Assembly (NCBI GenBank): GCA_963727485.1
Contig: CAVSGM010000002.1
Location: 832,001-896,000 of the forward strand
Length of the DNA stretch: 64,000 bases
From: an uncultured delta proteobacterium
GTDB taxonomy: Bacteria; Myxococcota; Myxococcia; SLRQ01
Direction of reading: 5' to 3'
Made by a program: the position numbers and the translations under genes. Each line of letters opens with the position of its first letter. Position 1 is the first letter of the stretch. This document shows positions 45,190 to 57,194 of this stretch, in pieces. The notes under the pieces are model-generated. The model did no database searches. It was given only the letters and a program-made list of their open reading frames with translations, and was not told where the DNA came from.

Positions 45190-45695
45190 GCCTCGGGGCC
45201 GCGGCGGGCCTTGAGGCGGCGCAGGTACGCCTTGAACGCCGGCGAGCCCACCCGGTAGGCGAGCACCGTGAGGCCGACCCGGGTCCCCGAGTGGGTGGGC
45301 ACCTCGACGGTGCGCGCCTCGCCCATGGGCATCCGCAGGCGCGCGTGGTGGGGCGCCGCGAGGCCGGGCATGGAGACGTTGATCGACATGTCGAGGCCGC
45401 CGACCGCGCCCACCGGATCGAGGGTGATGCCCATCTCCAGGGAGGCGTGGCCGTCGCCGTCCACCGGGCTCATGAGCTGCACCCGGGTGCGGTGGCCCGC
45501 CTCGCCGAGGACCCGGGGGTGGGAGACCACCGTGCCGTGGGGCCCGCGGATCTCCATGTCGAAGAAGAGCGCGTCGCCGGCGGCCGCCGCCACGGCGGGA
45601 CGGTGCACCACGCGCTCCTCGTGGTCGACCACGTGGGCGGCGACCAGGACCAGGGCGGCAGCGCCTGCCAGGAGATAGAGGACGCGGTTCGCCAT
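45186..45695 (-). CDS. Hypothetical exported protein
   Basis: N-terminal hydrophobic stretch [18 protein letters not shown]3 bias. Confidence 0.5.
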   Translation of the reverse strand: MANRVLYLLAGAAALVLVAAHVVDHEERVVHRPAVAAAAGDALFFDMEIRGPHGTVVSHPRVLGEAGHRTRVQLMSPVDGDGHASLEMGITLDPVGAVGGLDMSINVSMPGLAAPHHARLRMPMGEARTVEVPTHSGTRVGLTVLAYRVGSPAFKAYLRRLKARRGPEA

Positions 45696-45751
45696 CGAGG
45701 AGGGCAGCATACCGCCCGGTCGACGGGTCTGGCCACTGGGGCGATCCAGAC

Positions 45752-46177
45752 CTAAGGCCGAGCCGCCCCCGCCACGGCCACCCGCACCCCGCTCGCGGCC
45801 TTGACCACCTGGACCAGGGTGGCCAGCGAGCCCTCCACGTAGGGGTCGGGCTGAGGGCGGTTGAGGGCGTCCTCGTGCCACCCCCGGGCGTAGACGTCGG
45901 TCTGGCCCTTGCGGGGGACGAGGCGGAGCACCAGGACGTCCCGGGCGCCCTGGAGACGTGCGCGGGTCAGCCGCAGGGTGAGGTCCCCCGGCCCCACGGT
46001 CATGCTCCGGTCGAAGTCGGCGAGGAGGGGGCTCTGCTGCACCCCCATGAGGATGCGCCGGGCGAGGGGCTGGGGCGCCAGGTCCGGGGCCACCGCCGCC
46101 GGGGGCGTCAGGGGCGCCACGGTGGCGCAGCCGCCGAGGGCGAGGACGAGGAGGGGGACGAGGCTTCGGTGGCGCAT
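45752..46177 (-). CDS. Lipoprotein, unknown function
   Basis: LLVLALGG-CAT lipobox. Confidence 0.6.
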   Translation of the reverse strand: MRHRSLVPLLVLALGGCATVAPLTPPAAVAPDLAPQPLARRILMGVQQSPLLADFDRSMTVGPGDLTLRLTRARLQGARDVLVLRLVPRKGQTDVYARGWHEDALNRPQPDPYVEGSLATLVQVVKAASGVRVAVAGAARP

Positions 46178-46351
46178 GACGGGACCTGCCGGGGAGGAGG
46201 TGGGCACCCCCGGGAGCGCGTCTCCTGGGGGCCAACACCAGAGATGGCACGGGCCGTGCCACCTGGGCGGCCTCCGGATTCCAGGCACTTGGACGCCTCG
46301 GGGCCCCCTGGCCGCGGGTGCCCGGGGACCCGGCGCGCCCCGGGGACCCGG

Positions 46352-48376
46352 CTACCGGCCGGCGGTCACGGCGACCCGGTAGGGCGTGGCCCGGGCGGCG
46401 CCGGTGGCGGCCTCGGTGCGCACCGCCACCCAGAGCGGCGACGGGGCCCGGCGCAGCCAGAGCGAGAGGTCCTGCCCGGTCTCGCCGGTGCGGGCGGCGA
46501 GGGGGCGGGCCCCGGGCCGGCCGAGGCGCCTGGTCCCGGCGGCGTCCCAGACCTCGAGCCGCAGGCGCGCCGAGGCGACCCCGGTCACCGACACCCGCAC
46601 CCGCCCGGCGGGGGGCGCGGCGACCCTGAAGAACCCCACCTGGCCCGGCCCCCCGGGGAGCCCGGCGGCGCCGGTGGCGGGATCGAGGGGCGCCGCGGTC
46701 TCCGGGGTGTCGTCGGGGGCGGTGGCGAGGTGCGGGGCGGCGCGGTAGGTGGCGGCGAGGAGGTGGTAGGGGTCGGAGACGTTCTCGGTGGGCGGCGCCA
46801 GCTTGCCGTCTCGGCCCTGGGTGCGCACCTCCCGGACCTGCAGGTACCAGGTGCCCGGGGTGAGCCCCACCGCCGGGAGCACCTCGCCCACGCCCTTGCC
46901 CCGGGCGTCGGCGCGGGCCACCACGGTGAGCGCCCCCTTGGGGTCCGGGCGAAGCACCGCGAGCACCAGGTCGACGTTGGGGATCGGGGTCACCTGGAGG
47001 TAGCCGGTGGTCGCGCGCTTCACCGTGAGCTTGTACCAGTCCACGTCGCCGGAGGTGGCCGAGTGGCGCCGGCCGATGTGCCCGGTCACCGCCCGCAGCG
47101 ACCCGCCGGCGACCGCCTGGCGCACCGCCGAGAGGTCCGTCTCGACCACCGGGGTGACGACGTTGGCCCGGTTGGGGTCGTCGTTGGGCTCGTGCTCCCG
47201 GGTCAGGGGCGCCGCCCCCGTCCCGAAGTAGGCCCAGGCGCCGCCGAGGGCCCCGGCGAGGAGGATCAGGGGCACCACCGCCTGGAGCATCCGCCGCACC
47301 ACCAGCCCCCGGGCGAAGCGGTCGAAGTCGGCGCGCACCAGCACCTCCTGCTCGCCGGTCCGGCCCTGGGGGAGGGTCGCCTGGGCGCCGGTGGCCGGGC
47401 GGGCGTCGCCGAGGAGGGCCTCGAGGGCGGCGCGCATGGCGTCGGCGCTCTCGAAGCGGTCCGCCGGATCCTTGGCCAGGGCCCGGGCGACGATGGCCTC
47501 CATGGCGGCGCTGACCCCGGCCTCGGGGGCGAGCTGGTGGGCCACGGGCGCCGGCTCGGTGAGGTGGGCGGTGACCACGCCCAGCGGGGTCTCGGCCTCG
47601 AAGGGCGCCCGGCCGGTGAGCAGCTCGAAGATCATGGCCCCGAGCGAGTAGAGATCGCTGCGGGCGTCGAGGGGCTGACCCCGGGCCTGCTCCGGGGAGA
47701 TGTAGCTCGGGGTGCCGACGATCTCGCCCACCCCGGTGCTCGCGGCGTCGTCCCCGGTGCGCAGGATCTTGGCGATGCCGAAGTCGAGGACCTTCACGAA
47801 GTCCTTGCGGTCGCGCAGGTCGAGGATCATCACGTTCTGGGGCTTGACGTCCCGGTGGATGATCCCGGCCTCGTGGGCCTCGGCGAGGCTGCGCAGCACC
47901 TGGATGGCGATCCGCGCCACCCGCGCCTCGGGGAGCCGGCCGCCGCCGGCGAGGCGCACCTCGTGGAGGCTCTCGCCCTTGAGGTACTCCATGGCGAGGT
48001 AGAGCTCGCCGTCGTCGGTCTCGCCGAAGTCGAAGACCTGGATGGTGTTGGGGTGGACGAGGCGCGAGACGATGCGCGCCTCCTGGCGGAAGCGCTCGCG
48101 CAGGGCCCGGCCCCGGGCGCCCTGGAGGAGATCGGCGCGCAGGAGCTTGAGGGCGCAGATCTTCCCCATCCGCGTGTGCTCCACCTGGAACACCGAGCCC
48201 ATGCCCCCCTCGCCGAGCTTCTTGAGGATGCGGTAGCGGCCGTCGACCACCTGGCCGAAGCGGGCGCCGACGAGGGTGTCGGTCTCGCCGCCGAGGCCCC
48301 GGAGGTCGGCGCCGCAGTGGCCGCAGAAGTTGGTGGGGCCATCGAAGGCGGCGCCGCACTTCGGGCACGGAGGCAT
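46352..48376 (-). CDS. Ser/Thr protein kinase (zinc ribbon, kinase, TM, extracellular PPC-like domain)
   Basis: [48 protein letters not shown]. Confidence 0.93.
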   Translation of the reverse strand: MPPCPKCGAAFDGPTNFCGHCGADLRGLGGETDTLVGARFGQVVDGRYRILKKLGEGGMGSVFQVEHTRMGKICALKLLRADLLQGARGRALRERFRQEARIVSRLVHPNTIQVFDFGETDDGELYLAMEYLKGESLHEVRLAGGGRLPEARVARIAIQVLRSLAEAHEAGIIHRDVKPQNVMILDLRDRKDFVKVLDFGIAKILRTGDDAASTGVGEIVGTPSYISPEQARGQPLDARSDLYSLGAMIFELLTGRAPFEAETPLGVVTAHLTEPAPVAHQLAPEAGVSAAMEAIVARALAKDPADRFESADAMRAALEALLGDARPATGAQATLPQGRTGEQEVLVRADFDRFARGLVVRRMLQAVVPLILLAGALGGAWAYFGTGAAPLTREHEPNDDPNRANVVTPVVETDLSAVRQAVAGGSLRAVTGHIGRRHSATSGDVDWYKLTVKRATTGYLQVTPIPNVDLVLAVLRPDPKGALTVVARADARGKGVGEVLPAVGLTPGTWYLQVREVRTQGRDGKLAPPTENVSDPYHLLAATYRAAPHLATAPDDTPETAAPLDPATGAAGLPGGPGQVGFFRVAAPPAGRVRVSVTGVASARLRLEVWDAAGTRRLGRPGARPLAARTGETGQDLSLWLRRAPSPLWVAVRTEAATGAARATPYRVAVTAGR

Positions 48377-48571
48377 CTGGCCGGTCTCCTGCTTCCCGTC
48401 CTTGGCTGGGGCACCGCCTTGCACCGGACCTCCTCTACCCGCGGGGCGCCGGGGTCGTCCCCCCAGGGACGGCCGGGGCCCGCGCCTATTCTGACACACC
48501 GCGCCACGGGGCGGCGGCCCCCAGGGGAGAAAGCCGTTCAGGCATGGGCCTACCCGAAGTTTCCCTTGTGA

Positions 48572-49663
<1,092 letters not shown>

Positions 49664-49682
49664 CCGGCGGTAGAACCGGGCG

Positions 49683-51212
49683 ATGCGTTCCCTCGCCCGC
49701 CTCCGCCTCGCCCTGGCCGCGGTCCTCGCCGGCGCCGCCGGGCTCACGGGCTGCGCCACCCGGCGGCCCACCCCCGCCGCGCCGGCCCCGGCGACGGGCG
49801 TCGCCTGGACCCTCCGCTTGGCCGCCCCGGCTGCCGACCCCGAGGTGACCGTCACCACCCCCTGCCTCGGGGGCCGGGCCCCGAAGCTCCGGGTGGGCAA
49901 CCGCCTGGGGCACCTCGACCACCTCGACGCCTTCGTCACCGGGATCACCGCCACCGCCGACGGGACGCCGGTGAACGTCCACCGGAAGGGCGGGACGGTC
50001 ACCGTCGACGCCGGGCGCTGCCGGGTGCTCCGGGTGCGCTACCACCTGGCGCTCCCCCGGGCGCCGTTCCCGGTGGCCGAGGGGGATTCCGAGCGGCCGG
50101 CCCGGGCCGGGGAGCTGCCCTTCTCGGGACGGGCGGGGCTCTTCCTCCTCGGCCGCCTCACCCTCCTCTCGCCGGACGTGGCGCCGGTGGGGCCCGTGCG
50201 CCTGACCCTCGCGGTCCCCCGGGGCTGGCATGCCTACGCGCCCCTCGCCCGGACCCGGGACGGCGCCTTCGTGGCCCCGGACGTGGGCGCGGTGCTCCAC
50301 GCCTTCTATGCCGCCACGCCCCGGGCGGCCCAGGTGGTGCGCGCCGGGGGCAGCACCGCCCGGATCCTCCACCTGGTCGAAGGCGATCCCGGCGCCGACG
50401 CGCACCTCGAGGGCGAGCTTGGGCGGCTGGTGGCGGTGGAGGCGGGCCTCTTCGACGCCGGCGACGCCTGGCACGGGCTGCTCATCGTCAAGGACGACCA
50501 GCCCCCCAAGGGGATCGGCGCCGCCGTCGCCGGGCAGGCGGTCATCCTCGACGTGCCCTTGAAGCGCGACCCCGGCCTCGACGACTTCGCCACCCGGATC
50601 GCCGCCCTGGAGCTCGCCCACACCTGGCGCTGCGCCGCCCGGCCGACCCCGGGCCCCGGTCCGCTCCAGTGGGACTTCCAGGGCGTCGCCCGCTACCTCT
50701 CGTGGCTGGCCTGGGACCGGGTCCAGGGCCGGGGCGACCGCGCGCCGAGCGGGCTCACCAGCGCCCTCGACGAGGCGACCCGGGCGAGCGCCCAGGCCCA
50801 CGAGCCGTCGCTCCTCGCCGCCGGGGCCCGCTTCGCCACCGACCCGGCGGCCCGGACCCTCGCCGGCGCCGGGGGCGCCCTCCTCGCCTTCCACCTCGAT
50901 CGCCGCCTCCGGGCGGAGGGCCTGTCCCTCGTCGGCCTCCTCCGGCGCCTGCGCAACCGGTGGTGCCCCCGGCACCCGACCTTCGGCCTCGCCGACGTCC
51001 TCGCGGTGGCGCGGGCCTACGGCGGCACCAAGGTAGCCGGTGACCTGAAGGCCCAGCTCCACGCCCCGGGCTTCCCCAACCCCAAGACGGTGCTCGCGGG
51101 CACCGACTGCCGCGCCAAGCACACCGGCACCCGCTGGCAGCTGTCCTGCCACTTCACCGGGCCGGCCCCCTCCAAGGAGACCCACCATGACCGACCTCCA
51201 GACCCTCCGTGA
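49683..51212 (+). CDS. Lipoprotein resembling M61-type metallopeptidase with degenerate zinc motif
   Basis: LTG-C lipobox; IAALELAHTW at the HExxH position, WDFQGVARY, GALLAFHLD. Confidence 0.55.
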   Translation: MRSLARLRLALAAVLAGAAGLTGCATRRPTPAAPAPATGVAWTLRLAAPAADPEVTVTTPCLGGRAPKLRVGNRLGHLDHLDAFVTGITATADGTPVNVHRKGGTVTVDAGRCRVLRVRYHLALPRAPFPVAEGDSERPARAGELPFSGRAGLFLLGRLTLLSPDVAPVGPVRLTLAVPRGWHAYAPLARTRDGAFVAPDVGAVLHAFYAATPRAAQVVRAGGSTARILHLVEGDPGADAHLEGELGRLVAVEAGLFDAGDAWHGLLIVKDDQPPKGIGAAVAGQAVILDVPLKRDPGLDDFATRIAALELAHTWRCAARPTPGPGPLQWDFQGVARYLSWLAWDRVQGRGDRAPSGLTSALDEATRASAQAHEPSLLAAGARFATDPAARTLAGAGGALLAFHLDRRLRAEGLSLVGLLRRLRNRWCPRHPTFGLADVLAVARAYGGTKVAGDLKAQLHAPGFPNPKTVLAGTDCRAKHTGTRWQLSCHFTGPAPSKETHHDRPPDPP

Positions 51213-52206
51213 AGAAGCGATGCGCCAGGCCCAGGGGGCGATGAGCCTCCAGGTGGCCTTCCTCGGCGTCGCCCGGGGACTGTTCACCGCCCTGGTCGCC
51301 GGCCCGGCCACCGCCGCCGAGCTCGCCGAGCGCGCCGGCGCCGACGCCGGCTACGTGACCAGGTGGTGCGACGCCGCCTACGCCTTTGGCTACCTCGACG
51401 CCGAGGGCGACGCCTTCCGCCTCACCGACAAGGGCGACGCCTTCCGCCCCGAGGCCGAGGGGAGCCTGATGCCGCTGGCGATCCAGCCGGTCCTCGGGGC
51501 CCACATGGTCGAGCGCGCCGCCTCGCTGATGCTCACCGGCGAGCGCCCGGGCGAGTCGGTCCTCGGGGAGCGGCCGGCGATCCTCCCCTGGTTCGGACCC
51601 ATGCTCGAGGCCTCCTTCGGACCGGTGTTCGAGGGCACGGTCCTCCCGGCGGTGCCGGTCTTCGCCGAGGTGGGCGCGCGCGGGGGCCTGGCGGTGGACC
51701 TCGGCTGCGGCAACGGCTGGTACCTGCGGCGCCTGGCGAAGCGCTTCCCGAAGCTGACGGGGATCGGCCTCGACGGCATCGAGGAGAACATCCGCCAGGC
51801 GAGCGCCCGCGCAAACGCCGAGGGCCTCGGAGAGCGCCTCGACTTCCGGGCCGGGGACCTCCACCACTTCGCCGTGGACCGGCCGGCGGACCTCATCGCC
51901 ATGAACCGCGCCCTCCACCACGTGTGGGACCAGAAGGAGAACGTGGCCCGGATCCTCGACGCCCACCTGGCCCCGGGCGGGGCGGTGGTCATCTGGGAGC
52001 CGGCGTGGCCCGACGACCGGGCCGAGCTGCGCACCCCGCCCCGCCGGGGGATGGCGGTGCAGAACCTCTCGGAGCACGTGCAGGGCAACCACTTCCTCCG
52101 GCCCGCGGAGATCGAGGCGGCCCTGGGCTCGGTGGGCCTGGAGACCGAGGTCTTCCGGTTCCGCGAGGGGGCCGAGGCGGTGGTCGTCGGGCGCCGGCAA
52201 CCGTGA
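51187..52206 (+). CDS. Class I SAM-dependent methyltransferase with N-terminal winged helix
   Basis: VDLGCGNG, GLD, GD, ALHH, LAPGG. Confidence 0.88.
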   Translation: MTDLQTLREEAMRQAQGAMSLQVAFLGVARGLFTALVAGPATAAELAERAGADAGYVTRWCDAAYAFGYLDAEGDAFRLTDKGDAFRPEAEGSLMPLAIQPVLGAHMVERAASLMLTGERPGESVLGERPAILPWFGPMLEASFGPVFEGTVLPAVPVFAEVGARGGLAVDLGCGNGWYLRRLAKRFPKLTGIGLDGIEENIRQASARANAEGLGERLDFRAGDLHHFAVDRPADLIAMNRALHHVWDQKENVARILDAHLAPGGAVVIWEPAWPDDRAELRTPPRRGMAVQNLSEHVQGNHFLRPAEIEAALGSVGLETEVFRFREGAEAVVVGRRQP

Positions 52207-52353
52207 GCCGACCGGGGGCGGGGCCCGGGCGCCGTTCAGCGACTGGACAGGCTCCACCCCCCTGTCCACACCCCGGGCACCTTTCATCTTCCGTCGCCGG
52301 CCCAACCCCCTGGAACCTGGGGCCTTACCCATGTAGACGGATGTAGGTGCATG

Positions 52354-52369
52354 TGGCACGAAGCTTGTA
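52354..52369 (+). promoter_or_regulatory. Candidate sigma54 promoter of PilZ operon
   Basis: TGGCAC-GAAGC-TTGTA (-12 GT instead of GC). Confidence 0.5.
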
Positions 52370-52381
52370 GACTCCGCGCCC

Positions 52382-52918
52382 ATGGCAAACCCCATGATCG
52401 ACGAGACCCTCGACGAGGAGCTGGACGACCTCGAGCTCGACACCGAGCTGGTGGAGACCCCGGAGCCGCCGCAGGTGGACCGCCGCGGCGGGGACCGCCG
52501 GGGCCGGGCGATCCAGGTGATCCGCTTCACCAACGAGCGGCGCCTCGGGGGCGATCGGCGCCACCGGAGCCGCCGGGGCTTCGATCGGGTGCCGGTGGAG
52601 TCCGACGTCCGCCTGCGCCACGCCGGTCGGAGCCTCACCATCCCCTCGGTGGACGTGTCGGTCCTGGGGATCAGCCTCGGGGGCGCGGTGGCCCTGCCGG
52701 TGGGCGCCCTGGTGCGCCTCGCCTTCAGCCTCCCCGACGACCTCGCCGAGTTCCCCATCTTCAGCTGGGCCCAGGTGGTCGCCAGCGAGACCTGCGACGC
52801 CACCCTGCGCCTGCGCTTCGTGGGCCTGCGCGCCTGCGATGCCCGCCGCATCGGCCGCTTCGTGGCCGACGTCTCGCGGCAGAGCCCCCCCGACGGGGAA
52901 GCCCCCTATCGTTTCTAG
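52382..52918 (+). CDS. PilZ-domain protein
   Basis: RRGFDR...DVSVLG (RxxxR, DxSxxG). Confidence 0.75.
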   Translation: MANPMIDETLDEELDDLELDTELVETPEPPQVDRRGGDRRGRAIQVIRFTNERRLGGDRRHRSRRGFDRVPVESDVRLRHAGRSLTIPSVDVSVLGISLGGAVALPVGALVRLAFSLPDDLAEFPIFSWAQVVASETCDATLRLRFVGLRACDARRIGRFVADVSRQSPPDGEAPYRF

Positions 52919-52970
52919 GGAGCGCGATGCTAAGATCGCACCGGTCCTCCTCACCCGGGAGTCGTCAGCG

Positions 52971-53438
52971 ATGAGCGATCGCCGCCAGCAGCACGAGGAC
53001 TTCATCAAGGAGCGCCGTCAGGGCGTGGAGCGCCGTGCCCACCCGCGGCAGCCCGTGGCCATCACCATGGAGCTGACCGCCGGCGGCGACCTCTACTTCC
53101 ACGTGAGCGCCAACCTCTCCACCGGGGGCGCCTTCTTCAACCGGGCGATCCCCCACCCGGTGGGCACCGAGGTCGAGCTGACCTTCCAGCTCCCCGGGCC
53201 CGACGTGGCGCCGGTGCGCTGCCGGGGCGAGGTGGTCAACGTCCCCGAGGAGGGCGACGGCCTGGGGATGGGCGTGCGCTTCCTCGACCTCCCCGAGGCG
53301 GACACCGCCCGGGTCCAGGCCTTCATCGAGGCGGTGGCCGCCCGGGTCGCCGAGGCCAGGGCCGAGGCCAACGCCGACGGCGACGGGGCCACGGGCGCCG
53401 CGACCCCCGCCGAGGGCGACCCCGCCACCGACGGTTGA
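52971..53438 (+). CDS. PilZ-domain protein
   Basis: ERRAHPR...NLSTGG, GMGVRF. Confidence 0.85.
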   Translation: MSDRRQQHEDFIKERRQGVERRAHPRQPVAITMELTAGGDLYFHVSANLSTGGAFFNRAIPHPVGTEVELTFQLPGPDVAPVRCRGEVVNVPEEGDGLGMGVRFLDLPEADTARVQAFIEAVAARVAEARAEANADGDGATGAATPAEGDPATDG

Positions 53439-53470
53439 ATCCCGCCGGCAGCGCCTCCGTCGGTCCCCGC

Positions 53471-54301
53471 ATGACCAAGCACGCCCGCGTCCTCGTCGCC
53501 GCCCTGGTCGTCGCCACCCTCCCGGGGTGCGCCGCCCTCTCGCGGCTCCTCGGCCAGGTGCTCGAGAAGCCGAAGCTGGCCTTCGACCACGCGGCGGTGA
53601 AGACCGTCTCCTTCGACGGGCTCACCCTCGACACCGTGTGGCGGGTGGACAACCCCAACGGCTTCGGCCTCGACCTCTCGCGCCTCGGCTACGCCCTCGC
53701 CGTCGGCGGGCACCCGGTGGCCAGGGGCGACGCCCCCAGCGGGGTCAAGCTCCCGGCCCAGGGCACCGGCCTGGTGACCCTGCCCCTGTCCTTCCGGTTC
53801 CAGGACGTGGTCTCCACCCTCTCCGATCTGGCGAACCGGAGGACCCTCCCCTACGAGGTCTCGGGGACCTTCGGCTTCGACACCCCGGTGGGGGCGGTGA
53901 CCGTGCCCTTCGACCACAAGGGGGCGGTGCCCGTGCCAAAGCTCCCCGGGGTGCGCATCCAGGGGGCGAAGGTCACCTCCCTGTCGTTCACCGGGGCCCG
54001 GATCGAGGTGCGCCTCCAGGTCGAGAACCGCAACGCCTTCCCCCTGGCCCTCGACCGGTTGGCCTACGCGGCGCGGGTGGCCGGGGCCTCGGTGGGGACC
54101 GGCCAGCTCGCCCTCGGGTCGCTGCCTGCCTCGGGGAAGAAGGTCCTGGTGCTCCCCCTCCAGGTCAGCTTCGCCTCGGCGGGGCGGGCGGTCTATGATG
54201 CCCTCCGGTCCGGACACCTGGCGGTGGGGGTGAAGGGCAGCCTCGACGCCGGCGCCGTCCACCTTCCCCTCGACCTCTCCCGGACCGTGGACCTCCGCTG
54301 A
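53471..54301 (+). CDS. Lipoprotein with two LEA_2/WHy domains
   Basis: LPG-C lipobox; VDNPN and VENRN motifs. Confidence 0.8.
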   Translation: MTKHARVLVAALVVATLPGCAALSRLLGQVLEKPKLAFDHAAVKTVSFDGLTLDTVWRVDNPNGFGLDLSRLGYALAVGGHPVARGDAPSGVKLPAQGTGLVTLPLSFRFQDVVSTLSDLANRRTLPYEVSGTFGFDTPVGAVTVPFDHKGAVPVPKLPGVRIQGAKVTSLSFTGARIEVRLQVENRNAFPLALDRLAYAARVAGASVGTGQLALGSLPASGKKVLVLPLQVSFASAGRAVYDALRSGHLAVGVKGSLDAGAVHLPLDLSRTVDLR

Positions 54302-54327
54302 CGGCGCCGGCGGTCCGGGGGAACGCC

Positions 54328-54948
54328 ATGCGACCGACCGTCCTCGTCCTCGCCGCCTTCGTCCTCGCCCTCGGGCCCGTCGACGCCGCCCGGGCCGGCG
54401 ACGGCGGCACCTCGGCCCGCGACGGAGGCCCCGCCGCCAGCGACGACGTCACCCCCAAGGTCGACGTCCCCACCCTCGACCTCGGGGGCCTCGGGGTCCC
54501 CAGCGCCGGGGGCCTCGCCGGCGGCCCCGCCGCCCCCCGGGCGAAGCCGACGGGCCCCAGCAAGACCACCTTCGGCGCCACCGATCTCCGCCTCGCCCGG
54601 CGCTTCGACGCGGTGGCCGGGGGCGGCTGCCGGGCCCGGGCGTCCCTGAAGGGCTTCCGCCTCGACACCTTCCCCGGCACCGTGGCCCCCTTCGAGACCT
54701 GCCTGCGGCTCAGCGCCACCGCCGGGGTGGTCGCCCACCTCGAGGCCCGGATCCTCGACCCCGCCGGCCACCCCATCGCCACCGCCGACGGCGAGGTCTC
54801 CTTCGCCCGGGCCGGGAAGACCCAGGACTTCGTCATCGCCTGGCGGGGGTTTCCCGCGAGGCACCCGGGGACGTATCGTCTGGAGGTCAGCCTCGGCGGC
54901 CGCGGGACGGGGAGCTTCCCCATCGCGGTCGCCCGCGCCCACCGATGA
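54328..54948 (+). CDS. Hypothetical secreted protein
   Basis: Signal peptide, beta-rich C-terminus PGTYRLEV. Confidence 0.55.
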   Translation: MRPTVLVLAAFVLALGPVDAARAGDGGTSARDGGPAASDDVTPKVDVPTLDLGGLGVPSAGGLAGGPAAPRAKPTGPSKTTFGATDLRLARRFDAVAGGGCRARASLKGFRLDTFPGTVAPFETCLRLSATAGVVAHLEARILDPAGHPIATADGEVSFARAGKTQDFVIAWRGFPARHPGTYRLEVSLGGRGTGSFPIAVARAHR

Positions 54949-54961
54949 GCCCCGACGTCCG

Positions 54962-55546
54962 ATGAGCACCTACGCCGTCCCCACCGCCCCCAGCCTCCGG
55001 GACCTCGCCTTCCGGCGGGTGGACCAGGTCGTCCTCGGGGAGATCGAGCGCGCCCGGCCGAGGGTCAAGCGCCTGCGCCGGCGCTACCCCGAGGCCGCCG
55101 AGCGGGAGCTGGTGCAGCGCCTCGTCGACCAGAAGCTCGCCTACGCGGGCACCGGGGGGCTGGTGACCGGCCTCTTCGGCCTGGTGGCCCTGCCCGCGGA
55201 CCTGGTGCTGGTGACCTACCTCCAGGTCTCGGTGATCGTGGAGGTGGCGGTGCTCCACGGGGTGAACCTCAAGTCCCGCCGGGGCCAGGCGGAGGTCCTG
55301 GACATCCTCGCCCGGGGCAACGGGGTGGGGCCGCTGGTCCGCGCCGGGCCGCCGGTCCTCGGGCGCCTCGCCATCTCCCTCTTCGCCCGCCGGGGGCTGC
55401 CGGCGCTGGGGCGCGCGGTGCCGCTGATCGCCGGGCCGGTGTCGGCGTGGCTGAACAACCGCGACATCCAGCGGGTCGGCGACGAGGCCCTGCGCCACTA
55501 CGGCAGCCTCCGTCGCCTCGAGGCCAGGCGGGTCCAGCCCACATGA
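54962..55546 (+). CDS. EcsC-like protein
   Basis: GGLVTGLFG..LPADL, RAVPLIAG..SAWLN. Confidence 0.6.
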   Translation: MSTYAVPTAPSLRDLAFRRVDQVVLGEIERARPRVKRLRRRYPEAAERELVQRLVDQKLAYAGTGGLVTGLFGLVALPADLVLVTYLQVSVIVEVAVLHGVNLKSRRGQAEVLDILARGNGVGPLVRAGPPVLGRLAISLFARRGLPALGRAVPLIAGPVSAWLNNRDIQRVGDEALRHYGSLRRLEARRVQPT

Positions 55547-57027
55547 GGGCCGAGAGGGGCGCGATCCTCGCCTGGGTCCTCTTCGCGACCCTCGGCGCCT
55601 CGGTGGCCCTGCTCCCGGGCTGCGGGGGGAGCTGCCAGACCGACGGCTGCCCCACCGGGAAGAGCTGCTCGCTGCGCACCGGGCTGTGCCTCGACGCCTC
55701 GCTGGTCTACGGCCCGCCCTGCGCCACCAGCCAGGACTGCGAGCGGGGGGTGTGCCTCCAGACCGGCGACACCGCCAACCCCTCGGTGTGCACCGGCCTC
55801 TGCGGCTCGGGGGAGCCCGGCTGCCCCGTGAACTTCAGCTGCGCCAGCGTCTCCGACGGCCAGGGGGGCTCGGCCCAGGTGTGCGTGCCCACCGGTGGCG
55901 GACCGCTCGGGGCCACCTGCCAGGGCAACGGCGACTGCCAGAGCGGGCTGTGCCTCCCGGTGGGCCAGGCGTCGTTCTGCTCCCAGAGCTGCGACCCCTC
56001 GGCCCCCGGCGACTGCGGCACCGGGAACTTCGCCTGCGAGGCCTTCCAGGACAGCCAGGGGACCCAGTACCACTTCTGCGTCAAGGGCGGCTCGGCGCTC
56101 CCCGGCGACCCCTGCCCGAACGGGATCACCGACTGCGACCTCACCAAGAGCGCCGCCTGCCTCCAGGACTCGACGGGCTCCACCAGCCTCTGCGCCCCGG
56201 CGTGCCCCGGCGGGCAGGCCGACTGCACCCGGGCGCTCGCCGGGAGCTGCTGCCAGGACCTGGGCACCGCGTCGAGCCCCCAGCCCTACTGCCTACCGGG
56301 CCAGTACTGCAGCTGCCAGCCCGACTGCGTGGGCCGGGCCTGCGGCGACGACGGCTGCGGCGGGAGCTGCGGGAGCTGCGGCGCGGGCAAGGCCTGCAGC
56401 GCCGGGGCCTGCGTCGCCTGCGCCCCGGACTGCACCGGGAAGACCTGCGGCGACGACGGCTGCGGGGGCACCTGCGGCACCTGCCCCTCGGGGCAGATCT
56501 GCCAGGCCGGCGCCTGCTCGGCGACCTGCACCCCCGACTGCACCGGGAAGGCCTGCGGCGACGACGGCTGCGGGGGGCTGTGCGGCACCTGCCCCCAGGG
56601 CACCAAGTGCGGCGGCGGCCAGTGCGTGGCGCCGGCGGCCCTCCTCTTCGGGATCCAGGTCGACGACCCGGCGATGAGTCCGGCGCCCCTGTGGGCGCTG
56701 ACCGACACGGTGAGCGGGCCGTCCATCGCCGCCCCGGTGACCTACGGCCAGGGCCCCCAGCCCGCCACCGCCCAGACCGCGCCCTGCGGGAGCTCCATCG
56801 TCTGCAGCTCCGTCGCATCCCTGGTCGCCGACACCCCCTACCGCCTGCGCCTCACCTACGACGCCGGCAACGCCACCGGCGCCTGCACCGCGACCTTCAC
56901 CCTCCACGACGCGGCGGCGGCGACGGTGGACGGCGGCGACTGCGTGACCTCGGGCGGCGGGCCCTTCCAGGCGGTGACGGTCGAGGGTGGCCCCGGGTCG
57001 CCGGCGTTTGCCTGGACGCTGCCCTAG
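55543..57027 (+). CDS. Cys-rich lipoprotein with CxPDCxGxxCGDDGCGGxCGxC repeats
   Basis: LLPG-C lipobox; three such repeats at ~56314-56630. Confidence 0.75.
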   Translation: MRAERGAILAWVLFATLGASVALLPGCGGSCQTDGCPTGKSCSLRTGLCLDASLVYGPPCATSQDCERGVCLQTGDTANPSVCTGLCGSGEPGCPVNFSCASVSDGQGGSAQVCVPTGGGPLGATCQGNGDCQSGLCLPVGQASFCSQSCDPSAPGDCGTGNFACEAFQDSQGTQYHFCVKGGSALPGDPCPNGITDCDLTKSAACLQDSTGSTSLCAPACPGGQADCTRALAGSCCQDLGTASSPQPYCLPGQYCSCQPDCVGRACGDDGCGGSCGSCGAGKACSAGACVACAPDCTGKTCGDDGCGGTCGTCPSGQICQAGACSATCTPDCTGKACGDDGCGGLCGTCPQGTKCGGGQCVAPAALLFGIQVDDPAMSPAPLWALTDTVSGPSIAAPVTYGQGPQPATAQTAPCGSSIVCSSVASLVADTPYRLRLTYDAGNATGACTATFTLHDAAAATVDGGDCVTSGGGPFQAVTVEGGPGSPAFAWTLP

Positions 57028-57194
57028 CGCCGGGACGCGGCCCGGGCGCCGGGGCCCGGTGACCGGGGATCCCCGCACCGCGCCCGGCCGGCGCTGGGTG
57101 GATCTCCCGGGGGTCCGGCGCGAGTCACGTGAATGTGACCGCCGGGCCCTTGCCCGGCCACCCCCGGCGTGCATGTTGGAGGAACGGGGGAACG

